A DNA stretch of 64,000 nucleotides from Terriglobia bacterium (GTDB lineage Bacteria > Acidobacteriota > Polarisedimenticolia > Polarisedimenticolales > JAIQFR01). The DNA is taken from NCBI GenBank assembly GCA_963748015.1, contig CAVVHE010000004.1:1888001-1952000 (forward strand), written 5' to 3'. The notes below the pieces were generated by a model. The model was not told the DNA's origin and searched no databases. It was given only the letters and a program-made list of their open reading frames with translations. The translations under genes were made by a program, and so were the position numbers. This document shows, in pieces, positions 51,839-60,128 of the stretch (position 1 is its first letter; every line of letters begins with the position of its first letter).

Positions 51839-53062
51839 ATGGCTTCGGCTAGCGCACGCGGTGAGGCCGGGAGGCGGGGCGACGACGTTCGGTCCGACCT
51901 GTTCGTCGCCGTCGAGGCGAGGGGTGCCGGCGGCATCGAGATCGAGCTGAGGTCGCGCGTCGGCGCCTACTACGGCGACTCGATCCGCGCCCAGGTCGCG
52001 GAAACGCTCGGGGCGCTCGGCGTCGCGCACGCCCGCGTCGAGGTGGACGACCAGGGCGCCCTCCCGTTCGTCATCGAGGCGCGGGTGGAGGCGGCCGCCC
52101 GGCGTGCCGGGCTCGGCAAGGGGCGCGATGCGCGCCCGAAGGCCGACGTTCCGGCCCGGGCTCCCTCGGCCCGGGACCGGCTCAGGCGCTCGAGGCTCTA
52201 CCTCCCGGGAAACGAGCCCAAGTTCATGGTCAACGCGGGGCTGCACCGGCCCGACGGGATCATCCTCGACCTCGAGGACTCCGTGCACGCCGGCGAGAAG
52301 GACGCGGCGCGCCTCCTGGTCCGCAACGCGCTCCGGACGGTGGATTTCGGCGACGCGGAGCGGATGGTGCGGATCAACCAGCTTCCGCTGGGGCTCGAGG
52401 ACCTCGACGCCGTCGTCCCCGAGCATCCCGAGCTGATCCTGATCCCGAAGGTGGAGCGCGCCGAGCAGATGCGCGAGGTGCACCTCGCCGTGGCCGAGAT
52501 TCTCGCCCGGAGCGGCGGCGCCCGCCCGCTGTGGCTGATGCCGATCCTCGAGTCCGCGGAGGGGATCGAGCACGCGTACGAGATCGCCAGGGCGTCCGAC
52601 CGGACGGTCGCGCTCACGGTCGGCCTCGAGGATTACACCGCGGACCTCGGCGTGGCGAAGACGAAGGAGGGATCCGAAACCCTCTTCGCGCGAATGCGCC
52701 TGGTCAACGCCGCTCGCGCGGCGGGGCTTCAGGCCATCGACTCGGTGTACGGGGACGTGGGCGACCTCGAAGGGCTCGGGGCATGGGCCGTTCGCTCCCG
52801 GGCGATGGGGTTCGAAGGGATGGGGTGCGTGCACCCGCGCCAGATCGCGCCGATCCACGAGGCGTTCGCTCCGTCGAAGGGCGAGATCGAGAAGGCGCTC
52901 CGGATCGAGGCGGCTTTCCGGGACGCGCAGGAGAAGGGACTCGGCGTCGTCAGCCTCGGCTCGAAGATGGTCGACCCTCCGGTCGTCGAGCGCGCCCGCC
53001 GCCTCGTGGAGCGCGCCCGCAAGATGGGGCTCGTCCCGGCCCCCGGGGAGCAGCATCGATGA
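51839..53062 (+). CDS. citE: Citrate lyase acyl-carrier (CitD) domain fused to citryl-CoA lyase beta subunit (CitE)
   Basis: N-terminal AG...RSD..IELRSRV..YG..I..DQGAL..IEAR (CitD); RRSRLYLPGN, DLEDSV, VRIN, HPRQI, MVDPP (CitE). Confidence 0.88.
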   Translation: MASASARGEAGRRGDDVRSDLFVAVEARGAGGIEIELRSRVGAYYGDSIRAQVAETLGALGVAHARVEVDDQGALPFVIEARVEAAARRAGLGKGRDARPKADVPARAPSARDRLRRSRLYLPGNEPKFMVNAGLHRPDGIILDLEDSVHAGEKDAARLLVRNALRTVDFGDAERMVRINQLPLGLEDLDAVVPEHPELILIPKVERAEQMREVHLAVAEILARSGGARPLWLMPILESAEGIEHAYEIARASDRTVALTVGLEDYTADLGVAKTKEGSETLFARMRLVNAARAAGLQAIDSVYGDVGDLEGLGAWAVRSRAMGFEGMGCVHPRQIAPIHEAFAPSKGEIEKALRIEAAFRDAQEKGLGVVSLGSKMVDPPVVERARRLVERARKMGLVPAPGEQHR

Positions 53063-54624
53063 GCGCGAAGGTCGAGATGGTCCAGAACGCGGCCGGTCGC
53101 CGCGTCCCCTCCGTCGTCAACGGGCGCGAGCAGGCCGCGTATGCCGGGATCGGGAAGCGCGCGCCGGAAGGACGGAAGCATGCCCCTCCGATCCGCAGCT
53201 GCGCGGACTACCCCGCGAACGGCGACAAGCGCGTTCCGGATCTCGAGACGGCGCTCAAGCTGTGCGGCCTCCGCGACGGGATGACGATCTCGAACCACCA
53301 CCATCTCCGGAACGGCGACCGCATCGCGCTCGAAGCGCTCCAGGCCGCCGACCGCCTGGGGGTCAAGGACCTGATGTGGTTCCCGAGCGCCTCCTTCCCC
53401 TGCCAGGAGCCCGTGATGGGGCTGATGGACCGGGGCGTGGTCCATCACATCGAGGGCTCGATGAACGGACCGCTCGGCGAGTACTGCTCGCGGGGGAAGA
53501 TGCGCGGATTGGGGGTGCTCCGCTCCCACGGCGGGCGCTGGCAGGCGATCCAGGACGGCGAGGTCCACATCGACATCGCGGTGATCGCGGCGCCGACCGC
53601 GGACCCCTTCGGCAATGCCGACGGCTCGCACGGGAGATCCGCCTGCGGCTCGCTCGGGTTCGCCCTCGCCGACTCCGTCTACTCGGACCGTGTCATCGTC
53701 GTCACCGACAACCTCGTCGCGTTCCCCTGCGTCCCCTGGCAGATCCAGGGAAACAACGTGGACTACGTGGTCGAGGTCCCGTCCATCGGCGACCCGGCGA
53801 AAATCGTCTCCGGCACGACCGAGATCACGAAGAGCCCCGACCGGCTGCTGATCGCGGAGTACATCGCGCGCTTCCTCCGCGACGCCGGGATCATGAGGGA
53901 CGGCTTCTCGTTCCAGGCGGGGGCCGGCGGAATCGCCCTCGCCTTCGTGATGTACCTGCGCGACATGATGAGAGAGACCGGGATCAAGGCGCGTTTCGTC
54001 CGAGGCGGCTCGACGAAGTACCTGGTGCAGCTCCTCGAGGAGGGGCTCGTGGACTACATTCTCGACGGGCAGACCTTCGACCTCGCGGGCGTCGCCTCCA
54101 TCGCCTCGAACCCGCGCCACCTCGCGTCCTCGCCGTTCACCTCGTACAACTACAACGGCAAGGGGAACTTCGCCTCGATGGTGGACGCCGTGGTGCTGGG
54201 CGCGACCGAGGTGGACGTGAACTTCAACGCCAATGTCGTGACCCACTCCGACGGCCGCCTCCTGCACGGCATCGGCGGATGGCAGAACTGCCTGTTCTCG
54301 GGGTGCACGATCCTGGCCGTCCCCTCCTTCCGCGACCGGATCCCCGTCATCGTGGACGAGGTCACGACCCTCGTCGGCCCCGGCGAGATGGTGGACGTGA
54401 TCGCCACCGAGCGCGGGATCGCGATCAACCCGAGGCGGAAGGACCTCCTCGACGCCGTGAAGGGCTCGACGCTCCCGATCCGGCCGATCGAGGAGATCAA
54501 GGCCGAGGTCGAGGGGATCTGCGGCGGCGCGCCGAGGAAGCCTCGATTCAAGGACAACCCGGTCGCGATCGTGAAGTGGGTGGACGGGACGATCCTCGAC
54601 ACCATCCTGCAGATCGAGGAATAG
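53059..54624 (+). CDS. citF: Citrate lyase alpha subunit (CoA/ACP transferase)
   Basis: GLRDGMTISNHHHLRNGD, RSHGGR, CGSLG, FSFQAGAGG, LGATEVD.NFNANV, TERGIAINP. Confidence 0.92.
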   Translation: MSAKVEMVQNAAGRRVPSVVNGREQAAYAGIGKRAPEGRKHAPPIRSCADYPANGDKRVPDLETALKLCGLRDGMTISNHHHLRNGDRIALEALQAADRLGVKDLMWFPSASFPCQEPVMGLMDRGVVHHIEGSMNGPLGEYCSRGKMRGLGVLRSHGGRWQAIQDGEVHIDIAVIAAPTADPFGNADGSHGRSACGSLGFALADSVYSDRVIVVTDNLVAFPCVPWQIQGNNVDYVVEVPSIGDPAKIVSGTTEITKSPDRLLIAEYIARFLRDAGIMRDGFSFQAGAGGIALAFVMYLRDMMRETGIKARFVRGGSTKYLVQLLEEGLVDYILDGQTFDLAGVASIASNPRHLASSPFTSYNYNGKGNFASMVDAVVLGATEVDVNFNANVVTHSDGRLLHGIGGWQNCLFSGCTILAVPSFRDRIPVIVDEVTTLVGPGEMVDVIATERGIAINPRRKDLLDAVKGSTLPIRPIEEIKAEVEGICGGAPRKPRFKDNPVAIVKWVDGTILDTILQIEE

Positions 54625-54706
54625 CCTTCGCTCTGGCTCGCAGGGCGCGACCATGTGGGTGTCATCGATCCGATCCGGATTCGAATCCAGCGCGCACAGA
54701 GCCTAG

Positions 54707-54785
54707 CGGCTCGCCCTCGGCGGAATGCGTTCGTAGCCAGCCCTTTTCCGGGCTGGCGAGAACGCATTCCGCCGAGGGCGAGCCG
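54707..54785. repeat. GTAG-core palindromic repeat, copy D
   Basis: Perfect 26-bp arms around GTAGCCAGCCCTTTTCCGGGCTGGCGA. Confidence 0.85.
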
Positions 54786-54850
54786 TGGACCCGACAGCGA
54801 ACAAGGGCAACCGCGTTCGCAGCGGAGTTAGCCTCCGAATCTCGGATTCG

Positions 54851-54878
54851 GCAACCTTGGGCAGCCTTCTTGCGTTCT
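54851..54878 (+). promoter_or_regulatory. Putative ECF-type autoregulatory promoter
   Basis: GCAACC-N16-CGTTCT directly upstream of the ECF sigma gene (AAC/CGT consensus). Confidence 0.55.
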
Positions 54879-54889
54879 AGGTAGGGAGT

Positions 54890-55402
54890 ATGACGGATGA
54901 GGGCTTCGAGCTTGCCGTGCGGGAGCACCGGAACCGGGTGAACAGCCACGCGTTCTGGCTCCTCCGTGACGGCGAGGACGCCCGGGACATCTCCCAGGAG
55001 GCGATGGTGAGGCTCTGGCGGCACCGGAGCGAGGTTCCCGACGCGGCGGCGCGGACCTGGCTGCTCCGGACCACCCATCGCCTGTGCCTCGACAGGCTCA
55101 GGCGGCGCGCGGCCCGGCCGGAGGTGTCCGAGGAGCTGGCGCCGGGTCCGGCATGGACCGATCCCTCCCCCGATCCCGAGCGCCGCGCGGCCGCCCAAGC
55201 GCTGGGCGGGATCCTCGAGCGCGCCCTCGGCCGGCTCGCACCTCGCGACCGGGCGATCGTGTTGCTGCGCGAGGTCGAGGGGGTCCCGTACGACGAGATC
55301 GCCGAGACGCTCGGCCTGCCCCTCGGCACGGTCAAGGCGGCTCTCCACCGGTCCCGGGAGAAGCTTCGCGAGGCTCTCCTGCGCGCGGGGGTGCACCCGT
55401 GA
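54890..55402 (+). CDS. ECF RNA polymerase sigma factor
   Basis: DARDISQEA, TWL, LLREVEG..YDEIAETLGLPLGTVKAALHR. Confidence 0.92.
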   Translation: MTDEGFELAVREHRNRVNSHAFWLLRDGEDARDISQEAMVRLWRHRSEVPDAAARTWLLRTTHRLCLDRLRRRAARPEVSEELAPGPAWTDPSPDPERRAAAQALGGILERALGRLAPRDRAIVLLREVEGVPYDEIAETLGLPLGTVKAALHRSREKLREALLRAGVHP

Positions 55403-55920
55403 GCGACTGCGGTACCTTTCGCCCGCTCCTCCACGAGCGGCTCGACGGCGAGCTCGGGGCCGGCGCGGCCCTTGCCCTCGACGCCCACCTCGCGGCGTGC
55501 CCGGACTGCCGCTCCGCGGCGGAAGGACTGGCCGCCGTCCGCTCGGGACTGCTCGCGCTCCCGGAGCACCCGCTCCCCGAGGAGGCCATCGACGAGATCC
55601 TGGACCGCACCGTGCGCGACCGGCGCCCGCGAGCCCGCTTCGCGGCGTACTGGCCCGCGTGGGCCGGCGCGGCCGCGCTCGCAGCGCTCGCGCTGCTTCT
55701 CCTTCGCTTGCCGCTCTCCCCTTCCGTCCCCGCCGAGACGTCTCCCGGCGACGTCGCCAAGGCGGCGAGCGAGGCGCGTCTCGTGCTCTCGCTGGCCTCG
55801 GGCGCGCTGCACCGCGCCGAGAGGGCCGCCGGGAACAGGATTCTCGCCGGGGAGATCGCTCCCGCGTTGCGCCGCGTTCCGATCCGCTGGGCCGTCCGGC
55901 CCGAACCGAGGAAGTCATGA
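55399..55920 (+). CDS. Zinc-finger (zf-HC2) transmembrane anti-sigma factor
   Basis: C..LDGEL..HLAACPDC followed by a TM helix; GTGA overlap. Confidence 0.88.
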   Translation: MSDCGTFRPLLHERLDGELGAGAALALDAHLAACPDCRSAAEGLAAVRSGLLALPEHPLPEEAIDEILDRTVRDRRPRARFAAYWPAWAGAAALAALALLLLRLPLSPSVPAETSPGDVAKAASEARLVLSLASGALHRAERAAGNRILAGEIAPALRRVPIRWAVRPEPRKS

Positions 55921-56573
55921 CCAAGCGACCGTTCGCTTCGATCCTTCTGGCGCTCGCCGTCTGCCTTGCCGTCGCGGCGCCACCCGCGCGCGCCGGGGAC
56001 CGCGAAACCGCCGGCATCCGAGGGTTCGTGGACGGCTCCGCGTTCGGCCGGCTCGCGGGAGAGGAGTCCGAGCTGGTCGAGATTCACCTCGGCCCGGCCC
56101 TGCTCGGCGCCATCGCCCGCGGCGCGAAGGACGACCCGGACGCGGCGGCGCTCCTCGGCGGGCTTCGATCGGTGTCGGCGTACATCGTGGGTCTCGGAGG
56201 CGACCCGGACCGCACTGCGAGAGCCATGAAGCTGTTCCGGGAGATCGAGGAGCAGCTGGAGCGCGGCGGCTGGGAGCGTCTCGCCCGGGTCCGGGAGAAG
56301 GGAGAGCGCGTCAACGTGTTCGTGCTGGGCAACGGAGCGGCCGTCGAAGGGCTCGTGGTCCTGGTCTTCGACAAGGAAGACGGCCAGGTCGTGTTCGCGA
56401 ATCTCGCCGGGTCCCTCGACCTCGCCAAGCTCGGGAGCATCCAGGACGCGCTCGACGTTCCGGGGCTCGACGAGCTGAGCGAGACGAAACGTCCGGCGGG
56501 AGCAGGCGCCGGGGCGCCGAAGAAGAAAGGCGGGGCGCCGCCCGACGCGCGCCCCGAGGAGGAGGCGCCGTGA
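55917..56573 (+). CDS. DUF4252-like exported protein
   Basis: Signal peptide; GWERLARVRE..VNVFV, GLVVLV, VFANLAGSLDL. Confidence 0.75.
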   Translation: MTKRPFASILLALAVCLAVAAPPARAGDRETAGIRGFVDGSAFGRLAGEESELVEIHLGPALLGAIARGAKDDPDAAALLGGLRSVSAYIVGLGGDPDRTARAMKLFREIEEQLERGGWERLARVREKGERVNVFVLGNGAAVEGLVVLVFDKEDGQVVFANLAGSLDLAKLGSIQDALDVPGLDELSETKRPAGAGAGAPKKKGGAPPDARPEEEAP

Positions 56574-57118
56574 CCCTCGCGAAGGCGCTTCGATCCGGCA
56601 TCGTCGCCGCGCTGGCGGCCGCGAGCGCCGCGTGCGTGACGTATCGCGGACCCCGCGGCATCGAGTCCGCCATCGAGGACCAGATGGGAGTGGGCCTCGA
56701 GCGGGAGTTCGGCCTGAAGCTCGGCTGGACGGCGACGAAGATCACGGGGGCGATCGTCGCGCACGACGGCGACGAGGACGCGCTGGCTTTCAAGGACCTC
56801 ACCGGGGTCGGCGTCGCCGTGTTCAAGGTGCCGGAAGGCGCCTCGCGCGCCGCCACCGGGCTCGATCCCGCGCGCCTCCATCTCGCAAGCTTCGAGACCG
56901 TCCTCAACGTGCGCGACCGGGACGGCCAGGTTCTCGTCCTCGCGAAGACGCGCCACAACTCGATTCACGAGGTCGTGTTCCTGTCTTGTGACGACGAAGA
57001 GGTCGTCGTGGCCCGGCTGCGCGGCGACCTCGACCGGCTGCTGGAGCAGCTGGCGCGAGCCTCCGAAGAGGACGGCGTTCGCGGCGCGCGTCGCGCCGTT
57101 CCCGTGGCTTCGCGCTAA
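56570..57118 (+). CDS. DUF4252-like lipoprotein
   Basis: Lipobox SAAC; FETVLNVRD..VLVL, EVVVARLRGDL. Confidence 0.65.
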   Translation: MTLAKALRSGIVAALAAASAACVTYRGPRGIESAIEDQMGVGLEREFGLKLGWTATKITGAIVAHDGDEDALAFKDLTGVGVAVFKVPEGASRAATGLDPARLHLASFETVLNVRDRDGQVLVLAKTRHNSIHEVVFLSCDDEEVVVARLRGDLDRLLEQLARASEEDGVRGARRAVPVASR

Positions 57119-57291
57119 GCCTTGCCCGCTCGCCGGGGACGCGCGGCCGGGTAAACCGCTTCATCCACATTCATCGGCTCGGCCGGCAGCCGTGCCGGGG
57201 CGCGGGCCGCTCATGAAGCGGCAGGACGTCCCCCTGTCCCGGGTACGTTTGGTGCTGTTGAATTTCGCAACTCCAAGGAAGCGATAGATCG

Positions 57292-57337
57292 TTGTACTAA
57301 TCGACGAACAGGGGTATATTTGAGACAGATAGCTCAA
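57292..57337 (+). promoter_or_regulatory. Putative sigma70 promoter with a downstream palindromic operator
   Basis: TTGTAC-N17-TATATT, then TTGAG-N8-CTCAA, in an AT-rich island. Confidence 0.5.
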
Positions 57338-57353
57338 TTCGGAGGGATGCGGC

Positions 57354-57746
57354 ATGAGCAGATCTCTCGAATCCCACAGGACGACGGAAGCGGAGGTGCT
57401 CGAGAGCCTCGGCCTGCGATGGGCGGTGCTTTCGGCCTGGCACGAGGACTTGCGATCCCGCGGCGTCGCCTTCGACGCGAACGTCGCGAGGATGCTCGAG
57501 ACGAGCCGGATCGAGATCGCCTCCGGATGCATGTCGAGCTGCCAGGTCGGCTGCGATCTGGCGCGGCTCGAGGCGGCGCTGGTAGCGAGGGCGGCCTCCG
57601 TCGCCCCGGATAGCGTGGACGAGTGGATCGACACGCTGTCGGAGGCGATGACCGCGCCGGAGGACCTGAAGCGCCGGCCGTGGTTCCGGTCGGTGAACGT
57701 CTCGCACCTCGACTGCGGCTACCGTCCCTGCGTCTGCCCGGTCTGA
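57354..57746 (+). CDS. Small Cys-rich hypothetical protein (DUF2096-like helical core)
   Basis: GGAGG Shine-Dalgarno; WAVL..DLRSRG, CMSSCQVGC, C-terminal CGYRPCVCPV. Confidence 0.65.
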   Translation: MSRSLESHRTTEAEVLESLGLRWAVLSAWHEDLRSRGVAFDANVARMLETSRIEIASGCMSSCQVGCDLARLEAALVARAASVAPDSVDEWIDTLSEAMTAPEDLKRRPWFRSVNVSHLDCGYRPCVCPV

Positions 57747-58810
57747 GCCGCTCCCGCGGCCGGCTCCGGCTCGTGCCGAGGCCATCCCGGAGCGCCCCCT
57801 CCGATCGCGTGCAGGTAGTAGTGCGCGGCGCTGCCGAGGAAGTGGGCCTGCCCGGCGGCCGCCGTCTCGAGCGTCCGAGCGAGGCCCACGAGCCCGATCT
57901 CTCCCTCCTCGTAGAGCGTCTCGAAGGGAAGTAGCGACCGCCCCTCGGGGTCGGGCGGCGACGTCTCGAAGAGCGACTCGGTGGGCCCGTAGCGAACCTC
58001 GTCGGCGATGTTCTCCCACGCGTGGCGCGATCCTTCCCCGTCCGACCCGTCGAGGTAGTTCATCAGCGTGACGAAATCCACGCGGTCCTGGACGTGGTGG
58101 ATGAGGGTCTTCTCGGCGCCGGCGTAGCTCAGCGCGTAGCTTTCCCGTTCGTCGTCGCGGTCGAGCCACGTCGGGAGCGTCACGGCGAGCGCGTGGCGTG
58201 GCGTCGCGGCCGAGAGGCGCGCTCGAACGCGGTCCAGGAGATCCAGGTACTCCCCGGCCAGCCTGCGATTCCTGCGGTCGTCCCGCAGCCCGCCGCGTCC
58301 GGCCCGCCACACGGCGCGGTAGCGGAACAGGAGATCGCGGCTGCGCGCGCCGTGCGGTTCGATGTCGAGCTGGATGCCGGCGAAGCGCGCTTCGCCGCCG
58401 CTCCCGTCGAAGTCGAGGATCGCCTGGACCCAGGCGAGGACCACCTCGTGGTCGCACCGGCGGCGGAGGCGGAACGGCCGGACCCAGGCGTCCTGGATCG
58501 CCCCGGCGGGCACCGCATAGACGTCGATGCCGCGGCCTCGCGCCGCGGCGAGGAACGAGCGGAGCGAGCCGGCGTCCCAGGCGGCGGGATCGGCGAGGAA
58601 GTACAGCCGCCCCACGTCCAGGGGGCCCTCGCGGCAGAGCCGTAGCAAGCGCTCCTGCGCCTCCGCGTCCGGGACCCCCGCGTCCGGGCGGCCGTCGGTC
58701 ATGGCCACCGCTTCCTGCCAGACGTAGAGGCCGTCCCCCGCGACGGCCGCACCCGCGGCGAGCGAGAGGGCCACCGCCGCGAACAGCCGTCCTGGCGGGG
58801 AGGGCGACAC
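57719..58810 (-). CDS. Exported hypothetical protein, possible glycoside-hydrolase-like TIM barrel
   Basis: Signal peptide; LYVW, FAGIQLDIEPH, DFVTLMNY. Confidence 0.6.
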   Translation of the reverse strand: MSPSPPGRLFAAVALSLAAGAAVAGDGLYVWQEAVAMTDGRPDAGVPDAEAQERLLRLCREGPLDVGRLYFLADPAAWDAGSLRSFLAAARGRGIDVYAVPAGAIQDAWVRPFRLRRRCDHEVVLAWVQAILDFDGSGGEARFAGIQLDIEPHGARSRDLLFRYRAVWRAGRGGLRDDRRNRRLAGEYLDLLDRVRARLSAATPRHALAVTLPTWLDRDDERESYALSYAGAEKTLIHHVQDRVDFVTLMNYLDGSDGEGSRHAWENIADEVRYGPTESLFETSPPDPEGRSLLPFETLYEEGEIGLVGLARTLETAAAGQAHFLGSAAHYYLHAIGGGAPGWPRHEPEPAAGAAQTGQTQGR

Positions 58811-58811
58811 C

Positions 58812-60017
58812 TCAGCGGTCGCCGAAGCAGGTCCCCACGAGCCGCGCCGACGCGATCGCAGGGTGGTCGAGCGGGACGAGCTTTCGCTGGCGCGCCACCT
58901 TCTCGAGAGAGACCGGCTCGCACCGCTCCCCGCGCACGGCGACCATCACGTTGAACACTCCCTGCGCGAGCAGCTCCGCGGCCCTCGTGCCGAGCCGCGT
59001 GCAGAGAACCCGGTCGGCCGCGGTGGGCGTGCCGCCTCGCTGGACGTGACCGAGCGAGGTGACCCGGGCTTCCGTGCCCGTGATCCTCTGGAACTGGCGC
59101 GCGAGGCGGCTCGCCATCGGCTCCCGGACCATCGTCGGCGTGCCGAGGTCCGCCTCGGTTCCCTCGTCGACCAGATCGTCCTCCGCCCGCGCGTTCCGGC
59201 GCGCCGCGGACTTGCGCGCGGGACCGGTCCCCTTCCGTCCTCTCCCTTTCGCGCCCGACCTTCCGCTCCGCTTCGACTCCGCCTCGGCCTCCTGGCGAGT
59301 CCGCGCTCCCTCGGCGACCACGATGATCGAGAATCGCTTCCCGCTGCGCCTGCGGGAGCGGAGGTGGTCGGCAACCGCGTCGAAATCGAAGGGAATCTCG
59401 GGGAGGAGGATGACGTCGGCTCCTCCCGCGATGCCGGCGCCGAGCGCGAGCCAGCCGGCGTTGTTCCCCATCACCTCGCACACGATCAGCCGGTTGTGGC
59501 TGGTCGCGGTGGAGTGGAGGCGGTCGATCGCCTCCGTCGCGATGGTGAGCGCCGTGTCGTAGCCGAACGACACGTCCGTCTCCGCGACGTCGTTGTCGAT
59601 GGTCTTGGGCAGGGTGAGCACGTTCATGCCGGCGGCCTGGTGCAGGTGCAGCGCGTTCTTCTGGGTCCCGCGCCCGCCGAGGCAGACGAGCGCGTCGATC
59701 CCGAGCCTCTTCGCGTTGGCGGCGATGGTCTCCGTCATGTCGAGGACCTTGCCGCCCATCGGCATCCGGTGTGGCTTGTCCCGGCTGGTGCCCAGGATGG
59801 TTCCCCCCAGGGTCAGGATGCCGCTCACCGAGCGCGAATCGAGCGGCCAGGTCCGGTTCTCCACGAGCCCGCGAAAACCGTCGAGGATGCCGATCACCTC
59901 GATGCCGTAGTGATCGAGGGCGGGTTTCGCGACCGCCCGGATCGCGGCGTTCAGGCCGGGGCAGTCCCCCCCGGAGGTCAGGATCCCTACGCAATGGGTG
60001 CGCGGCTTCTTCCTCAC
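58812..60017 (-). CDS. pfkA: 6-phosphofructokinase family protein (group III-like variant)
   Basis: [40 protein letters not shown]. Confidence 0.9.
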   Translation of the reverse strand: MRKKPRTHCVGILTSGGDCPGLNAAIRAVAKPALDHYGIEVIGILDGFRGLVENRTWPLDSRSVSGILTLGGTILGTSRDKPHRMPMGGKVLDMTETIAANAKRLGIDALVCLGGRGTQKNALHLHQAAGMNVLTLPKTIDNDVAETDVSFGYDTALTIATEAIDRLHSTATSHNRLIVCEVMGNNAGWLALGAGIAGGADVILLPEIPFDFDAVADHLRSRRRSGKRFSIIVVAEGARTRQEAEAESKRSGRSGAKGRGRKGTGPARKSAARRNARAEDDLVDEGTEADLGTPTMVREPMASRLARQFQRITGTEARVTSLGHVQRGGTPTAADRVLCTRLGTRAAELLAQGVFNVMVAVRGERCEPVSLEKVARQRKLVPLDHPAIASARLVGTCFGDR

Positions 60018-60128
60018 GGAATTCCCCTCCTCGCAATCCGGCGGGAGCATTCTACCCGGATCGGGAGCGAGCTCCGGCCGAATCGGCGGCGGCACCGGCG
60101 GTTCCGCGAGTTGGAGGCGTGAACTTCG

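Noticed and set aside
57320..57337. HspR HAIR operator
   Set aside because: The spacer is 8 nt rather than the 9 of CTTGAGT-N7-ACTCAAG and the flanking bases differ; kept only as a generic palindrome.
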